64,000 nt of DNA from Candidatus Dojkabacteria bacterium HGW-Dojkabacteria-1 (GCA_002840365.1 PHAO01000001.1:239242-303241), one strand, 5' to 3'. Counted from the first letter of the stretch, positions 18,603 through 29,450 are shown. Translations and numbers: made by a program. Notes: generated by a model not told the origin, from the letters alone.

Positions 18603-19625
18603 TTGTATATTTTTAATATGGAAAATACAGATTACAAAGTACAAGTTTTTACAGGGATTAGGCCCTCTGGTGGTTTAACTATTGCTAATGCAATTGGTGC
18701 TGTTAATCCCATTGTAAAGATACAAGAGGAAGAAGAGGTTGGTAATACAATGGTCTTTGTTGCAGATTTGCATGCCTTAACTGATGCTGAACCAAAAGAA
18801 ACTCAAAGTAACATTGTTGATGTCGTAAAGGATTACATCTCTTTGGGTTTGGATGTAAACAGAAACAGAATCTTTGTGCAGTCTTTTCTTACTCAAGAGA
18901 TAGCTGAATTGAACTTGTATCTTTCAAGACTTGTCACTATTGCAGAATTAATGAGAGTACCTACATTAAAAGAAAAGATTAAGAAGGGACAAAACGAGAG
19001 TAATGCTAGTGCATTACTTGCAATGTACCCTATTATGATGGCTTCAGATATTCTTTTACAAAAATCTGAATATGTTCCTGTTGGTGAGGATCAGGTTGCC
19101 CATATTGAAATTACTAGAGTATTGGCTCAGAAGTTTAACAAAAAATATGGAAATGTATTCCCTCTTCCTAAGGTATTGTCTTTGGGTAAGCCTGTAAGGA
19201 TTAAGTCTTTGACTGGTAATGGAAAGATGAGTAAAACAGATCCTAGTGGAGCAATTCTACTAGATGATCCGATTGAGATATCTTTAAACAAGGTAAAGAG
19301 AGCTCAAAGTGCTTTTGCCAAAGAGAAGTCAGAGAGTTTAGATTCTTTGGTATTGATAGGGGAGTTTGTTGGAAACGAAAAAGAGAGAGAAGAAATACTA
19401 TCCATTATGAAAAGACACTATGATGGTGAGAATGTAATGGGTGAGCTAAAGGGTGTAATTTCTACTGGCTTAGAAAGATTTTTAAAGGAGTTTCAAGAGA
19501 AGAAAGCATCTTTGAAAGAGGAGGATATTCTCAAGAAGGTAAAAATAGATGGTGATATAGCAAGAGAGAATGCTAAAGAGACATTAAGAGATGTTAGGAA
19601 AGCAATGGGATTGGAATATTTTTAA
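18603..19625 (+). CDS. trpS: class I aminoacyl-tRNA synthetase, most likely tryptophanyl-tRNA synthetase
   Basis: KMSKT (KMSKS) motif, degenerate HIGH region (SGGLTIANAIG), 340-aa size typical of TrpRS; TyrRS not excluded. Confidence 0.6.
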   Translation: MYIFNMENTDYKVQVFTGIRPSGGLTIANAIGAVNPIVKIQEEEEVGNTMVFVADLHALTDAEPKETQSNIVDVVKDYISLGLDVNRNRIFVQSFLTQEIAELNLYLSRLVTIAELMRVPTLKEKIKKGQNESNASALLAMYPIMMASDILLQKSEYVPVGEDQVAHIEITRVLAQKFNKKYGNVFPLPKVLSLGKPVRIKSLTGNGKMSKTDPSGAILLDDPIEISLNKVKRAQSAFAKEKSESLDSLVLIGEFVGNEKEREEILSIMKRHYDGENVMGELKGVISTGLERFLKEFQEKKASLKEEDILKKVKIDGDIARENAKETLRDVRKAMGLEYF

Positions 19626-21640
19626 TTATCTCTTATTCTGACAATATATCTTTGTCCATGACCAAACACTTCATCCATATCACCTTCTTTTACAACGAAG
19701 ATTTTTATTCTACCATCATTGTGTCTGTTTGAATCTGCTACAAGCAGTACTGTTTCTCCTCTTTCATCTTTGATTTTATCCAGTATTAATCCGATATGTC
19801 CTGTAGGTTTTCCAGTACCTGCCATTGGGGCACCATCTACTCTTACAAAAAGGTCCCCGGGGTTATAATCATCAATACTAAGTTCTCCTCCTGCAATGGC
19901 TTGGGCTCCATAGTTTGTTGCCATAGACCTTTTCTCTTTATAGGTGTAATTTCTGAGTCCTTCGGGTATTAATTCTCTAGCACTATCTGCTGGAGCACTT
20001 CCAACGTATGGTATTGGTATTTCTGGATACAGCCAGGAGGCCATCATCACAAAGCCTACACATTGTAATGGTTGGTTTTTTACTTGTGCAGTTGTTGATA
20101 ACATAAGTATTCTATCAACCCTTTCTTTGTTTTCTTCTGTAACATACTTTTTATACCAATCAGAGTTTCTTAGGTATTCATTTAATCTTTGTGGATTCTC
20201 ATAGGTATATGTATTTACAGACTCTTGTAATTCCAATACGTTTTTCAAGGTTGAGTTTTGCTCTATTCTTTCTGAAAAAAGTCGTAAATCTTCTACGTTG
20301 TATATTAAATCAGCAGAGTTTTGCATTTGTATATCAATGGGATGATTTAATACATTTATGTCCATTTGATTGTCATTTAGTCTCTCTTGGTGTTGTGAAC
20401 TTCTGAAATATCTGTAGTTTTCAAGGTCTATTGCTAATTTTTCTGTTTGATCTTTTGGAGGAAAGTCTTCAAATGAAAGCGAAACTACAAGAAAGACATC
20501 TGAAAGACCTCCTACACCATCTTTCTCGGTTGCACTATATGGTAAATCAGAGGGAGTTGTAAAAGTTTTAATATGAAGATATTTGTCTTCACCTTGAACC
20601 CATCGAAAGTCAAATGTTTCTCTATCATTGTAATCTACTGTTGCATCTACAAGATATTCAGAAGGACTAAAAGGTCCTTGTGCATACCTTACTGGATGAG
20701 CCCATTGTTCCAAAATTTTGTATTGATTGGTATTTTGTAGATGAACGAGTGCAGAGGTTCCAGTTGCCATTGCGCAGACCCCCCCTCCTTTTACCTTGGA
20801 TTTGGAACTTGTTAGTCCGTATTCGTACTCATTTTTTTTGTTTAAATCTTTTAAACCAATCATATTTAAATATGATTGTTCTGTATTTTTTCTTAGAGGC
20901 CCATTTACATCTTGGTACTCAGACATATTTCTGAGAGCAATTAAGGTATTTGTAACTTTATTAGGATATATGAAATCCTCTGTTACTACATATGATACTA
21001 TTTTACTATTTGTTTCCTTCTCTTTGGTAAACTCTATCTCCGTCCCATTTTCGTCTGTGGCACCAAGGAGCACAGCTGAGACAAAGTTTGCACCAAATGT
21101 ATTCGCGATTAGACCTAATTTAATTTTTTCTCCATTGGGTCCGGTAATATTTCTTATTTCCGCTATTTCAAAACTGTGTCCGTAAGGAACTATTATTTCT
21201 TTAACCTCTCTTCTTTCATCTACAAAATTATCTTTTCTAAGAGGAATCATGTACATCGAAGTTTCATTTAATATTTCTATACCATATCCTGGTTCTTTTG
21301 CTTCAATTTTTTCTATTTTATATTCACTCCAGTCAGTAATATTTAAAATCTCATGATTAAAGGGCTTACTTTCTTGTGATATTGTTTGTTCAGTAGGTGT
21401 TTCAACAAGGGTTTGTATTGAAGGTGTTAGCGTAGGTGTCGCAAAGCTAGGCGCTTTTGCAGTATTTGTATATTCGAACCCCATGGGGGTAGCAAGGGTT
21501 TCAGTAACTGGTGGTTCTGTAACAGCTTCTTCTGCTTTTGCTTGTGCGGATTGGCCTATATTTGTACATCCTGTAACAGCAGAGGCGAGAAGAGATGTTA
21601 CAGTAAGAAGTTCTACTGCTTTGTTGTGTTTTCCTTCCAT
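19622..21640 (-). CDS. lipoprotein with C-terminal CHAP-domain (Cys/His amidase-peptidase)
   Basis: Lipobox AVTGC after a signal peptide; C-terminal QCVGFV ... PGDLFV ... GHIGLILD matches the CHAP Cys/His pattern; 1-nt gap from the giant surface-protein gene. Confidence 0.6.
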   Translation of the reverse strand: MEGKHNKAVELLTVTSLLASAVTGCTNIGQSAQAKAEEAVTEPPVTETLATPMGFEYTNTAKAPSFATPTLTPSIQTLVETPTEQTISQESKPFNHEILNITDWSEYKIEKIEAKEPGYGIEILNETSMYMIPLRKDNFVDERREVKEIIVPYGHSFEIAEIRNITGPNGEKIKLGLIANTFGANFVSAVLLGATDENGTEIEFTKEKETNSKIVSYVVTEDFIYPNKVTNTLIALRNMSEYQDVNGPLRKNTEQSYLNMIGLKDLNKKNEYEYGLTSSKSKVKGGGVCAMATGTSALVHLQNTNQYKILEQWAHPVRYAQGPFSPSEYLVDATVDYNDRETFDFRWVQGEDKYLHIKTFTTPSDLPYSATEKDGVGGLSDVFLVVSLSFEDFPPKDQTEKLAIDLENYRYFRSSQHQERLNDNQMDINVLNHPIDIQMQNSADLIYNVEDLRLFSERIEQNSTLKNVLELQESVNTYTYENPQRLNEYLRNSDWYKKYVTEENKERVDRILMLSTTAQVKNQPLQCVGFVMMASWLYPEIPIPYVGSAPADSARELIPEGLRNYTYKEKRSMATNYGAQAIAGGELSIDDYNPGDLFVRVDGAPMAGTGKPTGHIGLILDKIKDERGETVLLVADSNRHNDGRIKIFVVKEGDMDEVFGHGQRYIVRIRDN

Positions 21641-21641
21641 T

Positions 21642-24600
21642 TTATGTTCTTGCTATCTTAAGATTTCTGTTAATCAATTTTCTTCCCTTAGTTGATATTT
21701 CTGTTTTACCTTCTACAATCTTTATACCACTATCTGTTGTTTCTATAATATATTCTCCTTTCTCTGAGATATCAAATGAGTATCTCCCTTCCGAGTCTGT
21801 AACTCTTTTTGCTACTACCTTATCAAAATCTTTGTCCTTAAGTATGAGTATGATATTTACAGCGGGTGTACCATTTTCATAAAGAACTTTTCCTGTTTTT
21901 CTTCTCATACCAATAATGCTTTTTACAAGAACATATGTGGTTGGAATGTAAAGTAGTAATATCGCTAGGTTTTGTGTAATTGGATTCTTTGAGTATACAT
22001 ATGAAGCTATTGTAATACCTCCAAGGAAGAGAATTAGGTTTATGATTGGTAGTATAGATGAAGCAAAACTTCTGAAGAGAGTAAATGCTTTCTTTTGTAT
22101 TGCTTTCTGATCTGGGTCTATGGGGATTACAACATTTATTTCATTTTCCTTAAGCAGTATCTTTTCTCCGTGGTATACATTGGAAAGTGGGTAATCTTCC
22201 TTTCCAAGTATTAGTTTAGATGGGAAGTCATAGTTTCTTCCTTTCACTTCAAGTATATATTCTCCGGTAGGGATGTCTGTTCTAAAGAGTCCATACCCAT
22301 CTGTTACTGCAGTATCAACAAGTTTTTTCTCAAGATCATATATTCTAACAATTGCTTGCTGTATTGGTGCTCTTGTAATTGAATCATATACATATCCAGC
22401 AGGGTATCTCTTTCTTCTAAACCCTATTGAGCTTAGGATGTTGATAAAGATTTGTGACATAGCATATCCTACCTGTCCAAGGTTTCCTAAGATTGATGCT
22501 AATCCTACTGAAACAGTAACTGCAGTAGCAGTAGCTGATACCGTAGTGAGTCTTTCTTTTTCTATATTTCCCAGTGGTGAGCTATCAAGTAAATTGAATG
22601 TTGTAGTTACTACTCCCTCTACTGCATTAGAGATGTTGTCCCTTATTCTTCCTGTTGTTGGTATTACTGCTGGTTTCTCATACAGTTCTCCCTGTGCACC
22701 TGTTCCTCTTAGTCCATCTGCTATCCAATATGTTACTCCTGATATACTTGCTTGAGATACTGTTACATCATTTCCTTCGACTTTTAGCTTTTGAGGGAAG
22801 TTTCCTGTATACAGGACTGCTTTGTTACAATCAACTTTTATTTCTTCTAAGCTTCTTGCTTCTGGACATATTCTAAATGCGTTGTCTGAATCCTTTTTAA
22901 CTACATACATAGTATACTTATCTGTTAATCCATGTGTAGTATTAAGCTTCACAACAGTCTTACCTTGTTGTGGAGAAGTTTGAATAATTGCATTACTCCA
23001 GTCTCTGTTGTTCTCAAATGATATTGGTAAGTCAGCTACAACAAAATCTTCAGTTAAGATTCTTACTGTTTGAACACCTGTTTGTGCTCCTTCAACATTA
23101 CTTACATCAATATTTCTGTTGTCTACAAGTATAGTACTTATGTTTTCAGGCTTGTTAAGAATAATGGAGAATGTTTTACCTGTATTACTTTCTACAAATG
23201 CAGTTTCTACATTTGCATTGTTAATAGCCTTAACTCTAAATGCATATTGGGCTCCAGGTTCAAGAGATCTAATTGTTAAACCGGTATTTCCTCCCCATGA
23301 TGAATGCGTTCCCCAAACGACATTGTCTACAAGTTGCATGGTTGTATAGTCAAGATATTTTCCAGTGTTACTTTCCTGTATTGCAAATCTTGTAGTAGTG
23401 GGGTTTCCATTTCTGTCGAATCTTATCCTACCTGTACTTCCTCCTACGGTTTCAAAGATTAGGTCTCTTGGAAGGTTGGCCCATGTGGTAGCAGAAATTG
23501 TTTCAGAGAATCCTGAGAACAAATTATCTGAGTTAACGCTTCTTACTCTAAAGGTATATGTTGTATTTGGTGGAAGATTTGCTAATGTGAAGTTACTGTT
23601 TACTCTTGTATCATCATGTATTACTGTTGCAGTTGTAAATCTGTTTTCGTTATCAATATTTCCATTTGTTACTGCTTCAACCAATTGATATCTTGTATTT
23701 GCAGGATTAAGATTCTTGTCTACAGTTAATTCTATTGAACTTCCACTAATTACTCTTGCTCTTACACTTGGTACTCTTGAGAAGGTATGTGCACTTATTG
23801 ATTGGGAACAATCTGTTTCAAGATTTTGAGAGTTTCTTGCTCTTACACAGAATGTATATCTTGTATTGGCTTCTAGGTTTTGAATATTTACTCCACTGTT
23901 ACTACCGAAATCTTGTAAGGATCTCCATACAGGTTGTGTATCGAATACTCTTGTTGATGGATTCACATTCTGATTACGATTTACTTCCATTAATCTGTAT
24001 GTAGTAGAGGTGTTGTTACTGTTAGCATTAATCACTACAGACATTGTAGTTGTATCAATTGCTGTTACAGAGGTAATAGCTGGTTGGTAAGAAAGAGTAA
24101 TGATACTTACTTCATTACCATATTCTGTCTCTATGGAGTCATCATTAAGGGCTTTTACTCTGAAGGTATATTCTGTATTTGGTAATAGTCCATATACGGT
24201 TATTCCATTATTTGAGCCCAACTGTATATATGTTGCATAGTAGGGTGAGTCCTGAAGTAATTGAGAGTTAGTATTAAGATATTTCCCAGAGATTTTTTCT
24301 TGTAGAAGATATCTAGTAGTAGAAGGATTATTATTTGTATTTACAGTTAAGTCAACACTGTCAGCAGTATATTTTCCTGCTGTAATATTTTGTAATGATG
24401 GTACATTTGCAAACGTTATTGCAGAAACCACATTACTAAATGTACTCTCTGCAATACTGTTGTATATTTTCATTTTCCTTGAGTAAGAGGTATTAGGTTG
24501 CAGGTTGTTTTCTGTACAGCTAAGTATTTCTGTCCCAAGACAGGTTTTAATTAATACTCCATTTTCGTTATACAACTTAATACCTAATATACTGTCTGTA

Positions 24601-27600
24601 TATTCAGATATTCTCCATGTTATTTGACTACTTGAATCAACAACTGGAGCTATTGCTGTGATTGGTGAGAGTAGGGTAGTAGCAGAGGATGTTCCAGAGA
24701 AGTCCGTTTCAACATTTTCTCCATTTCTTGCTTTAACCTTGAAAGTGTATGTTGTTCCTGAATTTAACCCTATTACACTAAATGGTGTTAAATCTGCATT
24801 GTTCTCTCCCCAGAATGGAGTTGCTTGTAATTCTCCTGTTGTTAAATTTAGATATTTGCCTGTAAATGTTTCTTGTATTAGAAGCTCAGTATATTCTGGA
24901 TTTGCTCCATTCAGTACTCTTAGAGATATTGTTGAATTACTTGTAGCATATACATCTGTAAGACTTGGTGTTGTTGCGAGTGTATATGTAGAAATTTGGG
25001 TTGAATAAAGGGTTTCTTGTCCATCGAAGTTTCTTGCTTTTACTCTGAATGTGTACTGTGTATTTGGTTGTAATCCTATTGCTACATCTGATGTACTTTT
25101 AATCCACTCCCTTATTCCCGAATCACATCCTGTTTCTATACATTCAAAGAAGAGTCCAGAATCTCCTGTTGAGAGATTGTTTACTCCAGTTGCATTAAGA
25201 GATACAGAGGTAGTAGAGAGTGGGCCTGCAGAGAGAGTCGGTACACTTGCTTGAGTATATATGGTTATTGTATCTGAATATTCTGTTTCAACATTATCTC
25301 CATTTCTAGCTTTTACCTTAAATGTATATGGTGTGTTGTTTGAGAGTCCTGTTACGGTAGGATTATTGTCTAGTGTCCATACATTAATATTTGTATCGCA
25401 ACTACCCTCGCAATCAAAGTACAGTTCTCCACCATTTACTGGTTGTGTTGCTGTGAGAGATATTGAAGTATCTGTCTTAACTCCAGAATATTGTATTGTT
25501 GGAACAGATACTAATGTATATGCACTTGCGCTGTTTGAGGGAGAGCTTTCTGCTTCATTGTTAAATACGATTGCGTATCTTGTATATTGTGTATTTTCAG
25601 AGAGATTCTCTTCATCACAATATGTTAGATTTTGACCTACACAAGTTACTTTAAGAATGTCATTTTCATCATACAGCATTATTCCTTCCTCTCCACTTGC
25701 ATTATCAACGAATTCCCAACGCATTGATGTGGTCGTAAGTGGTGTTCCTTTAAACTCTGTTACAGTGTTTGGTACATCAAGCATTTTAAAAGTAGCTGTT
25801 GAGGACCAAGGGCTTTCTGTACCAGGTGTATCTATGAATCTTATCCTCCAAAAGTATGTTACTCCGTTTAGTGAAAGAGCTACTCCTTCATATTGAATTG
25901 GTATTGATCTTAAGCCATTCTCAATCCGGTCACTTCCTAAAAGCGCTATATATCCACTATCCCACATAGTTGTACCTGTAAAGGAAGAATTTGTATTTAC
26001 TTGGACTTGATAATGAGTTCCAAGATCTGAAGGATCAGAATCAGTAAAGACTGCACTAAACTGAGGCTGTAATGTTGTTACTTGGGTTGGATTTGTTTGA
26101 TTGTTTGTTTCAAGTGAAGATGGTGCATTAGGTGTAGAATTCATCTTGAAGGTATTTGTTGACGACCAACCACTAACAGATCCATTTACATCCCATACTC
26201 TCATTCTCCAGTAATATGTAGTACCATCAAGTGTCAAAGTATTTCCTTGGTATGTTATATTTGGAGTTCTTGTATTGTTTGCAGTTGTGGCCATAGAGGT
26301 CTCACCACTATCCCACATAGTTGTACCTGTAAAGGAAGAATTTGTATTTACTTGTATCTGATACTTGTTACCACTGTCACCATCAGGGTCTGTAAACAAA
26401 GCGCTGAAATTAGGTTGTGTGTTTGTAATAGAGGTTGGATTTACTAATCCTTCCGTTTGTAGTTGTGTTGGGGCGCTTGCAGGAGTATTCATCCTGAAAG
26501 ATGCTGCAGAGGACCATGCCCCTTCTGCACCTTTGTTATCCCAGTATTTTATTCTCCAGTAATATGTAACTCCATTCAAAGTGAGATTAGATTGTCCATA
26601 TGTAATATTTGGTCCTCTTGTTCCTCTTGTTACTGCAGAGATATTTATTTTTCCACTATCCCACATCGTAGTACCATTAAACGCTGATGTTGTATTTACT
26701 TGTAATTGATATGACACCCCTGTATCTCCAGTATCTGGATCATTGAAAATTGCACTGAAAATAGGGTTCATTGTTGTTACTCTCGTAGGATTTGTAGCAT
26801 CATTTGTTGTAAGGCTTGTAGGTGCTGTTGGAGGTGCGTTGTAAGTCTCCTCCGCGCTTTGGGAGACATTTACAGATGCTTTTCTTTGAGCAAAAATGGT
26901 TGTTATGTATGGTGGGAGTGCTTGTACTGCGGATGTTGTCGCTGTACAGCTATGAGTATGTGTATCATGCACGAAGGCTGAACCTGAAACCCTATATATT
27001 CCCTGAGAACTTGCACTCTGTCCTCCCGTTGTAACACTTATACTGTGGGTGTGTGTTGCTCCTGCGTATGAAGAACCTGCTGTTACAGCTCCAAGTGGAA
27101 ATTTTCCATCAAGAGCGGAAAATCTTGTCCAGCCGTATGGTGGAAGAGCTGTTGTCATTTCAATAATGCCGTTACTGGCATATGTTAAGGTAGAAGCCTG
27201 TCCATATGTTACTGAATAATATGGAATGTTATTATTTCCTGCTGTAGTAGTGGTACTGTTCGTCGTATGGAAGTGGTTTGCCGCAGCACTTGTACTACTG
27301 TGGGCGTCCTTACTATCCCTAGAATTGTTTGTTCCAGTATTGTATCCACCCGTGGCACTATGTGTATGTGTTGCAGATCCCCCACTTGCTACAAACCCAT
27401 TTCCACCCTTTGGATATCTTCCTGTGAGAGTTGAATAGTAAGTGAAATTAGCAGCTAGAGTTGTTGAGTTTGTATTAAACATTGCAATGGTATTTGCTGG
27501 ATGTGAGAGAGAAGTGTTTGAACAGTAGTATAGTTGGGTGAATGGGGGGTCAATCGTTGTATCTGTTACATTTACGGTTGCTCCTGTATGAGTATGATTA

Positions 27601-28253
27601 GCTAGCTGTGCAGTAGTGTTGGGAGAATCATCGTCAGCACCATTATGGAAAGTTCCAATTGCTGTTCCAGTTGTACAACTTGCAGTTCCATGATTATGGG
27701 TACCATTGGAACTTGTGCCATAGGAGGAGGAACCATATGGAAATTTCCCATCATATACACTTTCTCTAGTCCATCCACTTGGGCATGATGCAGAAGAAAG
27801 GACAAGGAATTTCCCACTCCAGGATGCTTGTCCACTTGTTGCGGAAGGGTTTGAATAGTAGAGATAAATTGTCTTACCTGCTGCAGGAAGACTTGGAATT
27901 CTGACCCAAACTTGTGTAGTTGTTGTATTACATCCTCCCTCTATCCAGTATGCAAGTAATGTCGTGTCATTACTATCAACAAATCGTAAGTCATTACAAT
28001 TAGATTGTAATTTTCCACTTGATATTAATGTTGATGTATTTACCACTACTAAAACATCTTCGTTTGTAAGGTCGGAACCTGTACCACTAACTGTTAATGT
28101 TCTTCTATTTGCCCAACTACTGTTATACCAGCCCCTTACCTCTTGTACATTCGTACTCATTACAAATATAGCCGTGATTAAACCAGTAAGACTAAGAAGT
28201 GCAATTACAAATATCAATATTTTCCTAAGTTTCTTTTTCTTGGCAGTTTTCAC
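21642..28253 (-). CDS. giant (2203 aa) cell-surface protein: N-terminal DUF2341/LamG-like domain, His/Thr-rich HTH-repeat region, about ten tandem Fn3 domains, C-terminal carboxypeptidase-regulatory-like domain and TM anchors
   Basis: N-terminal TM/signal; LRFVDSNDTTLLAYWIEGG ... VWVRIPSLPAAGKTIYLYYSN (DUF2341-like); repeated ATHTHS/HDTHTHS motifs; repeated TYYWRI(K/R) ... WSS and YTF(K/R)VKARN ... ETEYS Fn3 units with about 100-aa period; C-terminal GFRRKRYPAGYVYDSITRAPIQQAIVRI module. Confidence 0.85.
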   Translation of the reverse strand: MKTAKKKKLRKILIFVIALLSLTGLITAIFVMSTNVQEVRGWYNSSWANRRTLTVSGTGSDLTNEDVLVVVNTSTLISSGKLQSNCNDLRFVDSNDTTLLAYWIEGGCNTTTTQVWVRIPSLPAAGKTIYLYYSNPSATSGQASWSGKFLVLSSASCPSGWTRESVYDGKFPYGSSSYGTSSNGTHNHGTASCTTGTAIGTFHNGADDDSPNTTAQLANHTHTGATVNVTDTTIDPPFTQLYYCSNTSLSHPANTIAMFNTNSTTLAANFTYYSTLTGRYPKGGNGFVASGGSATHTHSATGGYNTGTNNSRDSKDAHSSTSAAANHFHTTNSTTTTAGNNNIPYYSVTYGQASTLTYASNGIIEMTTALPPYGWTRFSALDGKFPLGAVTAGSSYAGATHTHSISVTTGGQSASSQGIYRVSGSAFVHDTHTHSCTATTSAVQALPPYITTIFAQRKASVNVSQSAEETYNAPPTAPTSLTTNDATNPTRVTTMNPIFSAIFNDPDTGDTGVSYQLQVNTTSAFNGTTMWDSGKINISAVTRGTRGPNITYGQSNLTLNGVTYYWRIKYWDNKGAEGAWSSAASFRMNTPASAPTQLQTEGLVNPTSITNTQPNFSALFTDPDGDSGNKYQIQVNTNSSFTGTTMWDSGETSMATTANNTRTPNITYQGNTLTLDGTTYYWRMRVWDVNGSVSGWSSTNTFKMNSTPNAPSSLETNNQTNPTQVTTLQPQFSAVFTDSDPSDLGTHYQVQVNTNSSFTGTTMWDSGYIALLGSDRIENGLRSIPIQYEGVALSLNGVTYFWRIRFIDTPGTESPWSSTATFKMLDVPNTVTEFKGTPLTTTSMRWEFVDNASGEEGIMLYDENDILKVTCVGQNLTYCDEENLSENTQYTRYAIVFNNEAESSPSNSASAYTLVSVPTIQYSGVKTDTSISLTATQPVNGGELYFDCEGSCDTNINVWTLDNNPTVTGLSNNTPYTFKVKARNGDNVETEYSDTITIYTQASVPTLSAGPLSTTSVSLNATGVNNLSTGDSGLFFECIETGCDSGIREWIKSTSDVAIGLQPNTQYTFRVKARNFDGQETLYSTQISTYTLATTPSLTDVYATSNSTISLRVLNGANPEYTELLIQETFTGKYLNLTTGELQATPFWGENNADLTPFSVIGLNSGTTYTFKVKARNGENVETDFSGTSSATTLLSPITAIAPVVDSSSQITWRISEYTDSILGIKLYNENGVLIKTCLGTEILSCTENNLQPNTSYSRKMKIYNSIAESTFSNVVSAITFANVPSLQNITAGKYTADSVDLTVNTNNNPSTTRYLLQEKISGKYLNTNSQLLQDSPYYATYIQLGSNNGITVYGLLPNTEYTFRVKALNDDSIETEYGNEVSIITLSYQPAITSVTAIDTTTMSVVINANSNNTSTTYRLMEVNRNQNVNPSTRVFDTQPVWRSLQDFGSNSGVNIQNLEANTRYTFCVRARNSQNLETDCSQSISAHTFSRVPSVRARVISGSSIELTVDKNLNPANTRYQLVEAVTNGNIDNENRFTTATVIHDDTRVNSNFTLANLPPNTTYTFRVRSVNSDNLFSGFSETISATTWANLPRDLIFETVGGSTGRIRFDRNGNPTTTRFAIQESNTGKYLDYTTMQLVDNVVWGTHSSWGGNTGLTIRSLEPGAQYAFRVKAINNANVETAFVESNTGKTFSIILNKPENISTILVDNRNIDVSNVEGAQTGVQTVRILTEDFVVADLPISFENNRDWSNAIIQTSPQQGKTVVKLNTTHGLTDKYTMYVVKKDSDNAFRICPEARSLEEIKVDCNKAVLYTGNFPQKLKVEGNDVTVSQASISGVTYWIADGLRGTGAQGELYEKPAVIPTTGRIRDNISNAVEGVVTTTFNLLDSSPLGNIEKERLTTVSATATAVTVSVGLASILGNLGQVGYAMSQIFINILSSIGFRRKRYPAGYVYDSITRAPIQQAIVRIYDLEKKLVDTAVTDGYGLFRTDIPTGEYILEVKGRNYDFPSKLILGKEDYPLSNVYHGEKILLKENEINVVIPIDPDQKAIQKKAFTLFRSFASSILPIINLILFLGGITIASYVYSKNPITQNLAILLLYIPTTYVLVKSIIGMRRKTGKVLYENGTPAVNIILILKDKDFDKVVAKRVTDSEGRYSFDISEKGEYIIETTDSGIKIVEGKTEISTKGRKLINRNLKIART

Positions 28254-28352
28254 TATTAATATTTAATCAAAATGTGAATCAACAAGCAACAATTTTAATT
28301 TCAAAAAGAACTAAGTTGCATTAAATACTTTTCTTTGGTCTAATTTTAAGAC

Positions 28353-29450
28353 ATGAAAAAAGTTCTTATAGTAATTGGTAGTGCTGGAGGTGGTCATATT
28401 GCATGTGCAAGAGCTATTGAAACAGCACTTTTAAAGTATAAGAAAGAACTGGATATTGAGATTGTAGACCTATTTCAACTCTCTGTATTTACAAAAGGTT
28501 ATGATTTTTACTATTACCTTGTTACTAGATTTAGATTTGTTGAAAAGATATACAATTTTGGATATTGGTTGATAAATAGGAGTAAGGTATTTAGTGAAGT
28601 AGTATTTTTTTTCTCAGTTCTTCCACTATATTCTCCTACTAGAAGATATTTAGAAGAGAAAAAACCTGATTTAGTTATCTGTAACAACGGTCCTACTGTA
28701 AGAGCAGTAGGTATGTGTAAGAAAGAGCTGAATTTTAAATATGTAATTACTGTACCAGACTTAATATCTGTTAATCGTTGGTGGGCTGATGGTAGAGCAG
28801 ATATTATCTTTTCACCAACTAAAGAAGCAGATGAAATATTAAGAAATTACTGTAAAGAATGTAATGTAGTCTCACCTTACTATCCACTGCGTGATGTACC
28901 TATGTATTCGAAAGAGGGGATATTAAGAATTAGAAAAGATATATTTAATGAATACGGATTTGATGTAAACAAGAAAACTATACTTATTACCGGTTGTGGT
29001 ATGGGTACTGGTAATATTGTTCAGGGTTTAATGAGATATATTCGTAAGCATGATTACCAATTTATCATTATGGTTGGAAGAGACAAAGTCTTAGGTAGAG
29101 CTCTTAAATTGATGTTTAAGAAAAATACAAGAGTAGCAATTCAAGGATATACAACAGAAATATTAGATCTTTTTGCAATATCTGATGTGATTATTGCAAA
29201 ACCGGGACCTGCAACTGTACTAGAGATTGAAAAGGTAGGTAAGAAAGCTATCTTTACATATCCAGTTGGGTACCAGGAATGGGGGAACGTTGATTACCTA
29301 CTTACGAATCCTAATTTTAGATATGTTGGTAAAAGGTTTGATTTAATACCAGAGCATATTGAAGAGTTACTTACTATTAAAACAAAAAAGCACCAGAGTC
29401 TAATTAAAGACTCCAGTGCTATTGTAGAATATCTGTTTAAACAAAAGTAA
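28353..29450 (+). CDS. GT28-family glycosyltransferase (MurG / MGDG-synthase / UgtP-like)
   Basis: N-terminal GSAGGGHIACARA (G-rich GGxGGH loop) and C-terminal IIAKPGPATVLEIEKVGKKAIF resembling MurG-type motifs. Confidence 0.6.
   Translation: MKKVLIVIGSAGGGHIACARAIETALLKYKKELDIEIVDLFQLSVFTKGYDFYYYLVTRFRFVEKIYNFGYWLINRSKVFSEVVFFFSVLPLYSPTRRYLEEKKPDLVICNNGPTVRAVGMCKKELNFKYVITVPDLISVNRWWADGRADIIFSPTKEADEILRNYCKECNVVSPYYPLRDVPMYSKEGILRIRKDIFNEYGFDVNKKTILITGCGMGTGNIVQGLMRYIRKHDYQFIIMVGRDKVLGRALKLMFKKNTRVAIQGYTTEILDLFAISDVIIAKPGPATVLEIEKVGKKAIFTYPVGYQEWGNVDYLLTNPNFRYVGKRFDLIPEHIEELLTIKTKKHQSLIKDSSAIVEYLFKQK

Noticed and set aside
22273-27835. Numerous 60-160-aa ORFs on both strands (e.g. 22273..22755, 24658..25008, 27602..27835)
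   Set aside because: All lie inside the 2203-aa giant surface-protein gene, whose Fn3 periodicity confirms the long frame. These are shadow ORFs in repetitive sequence.
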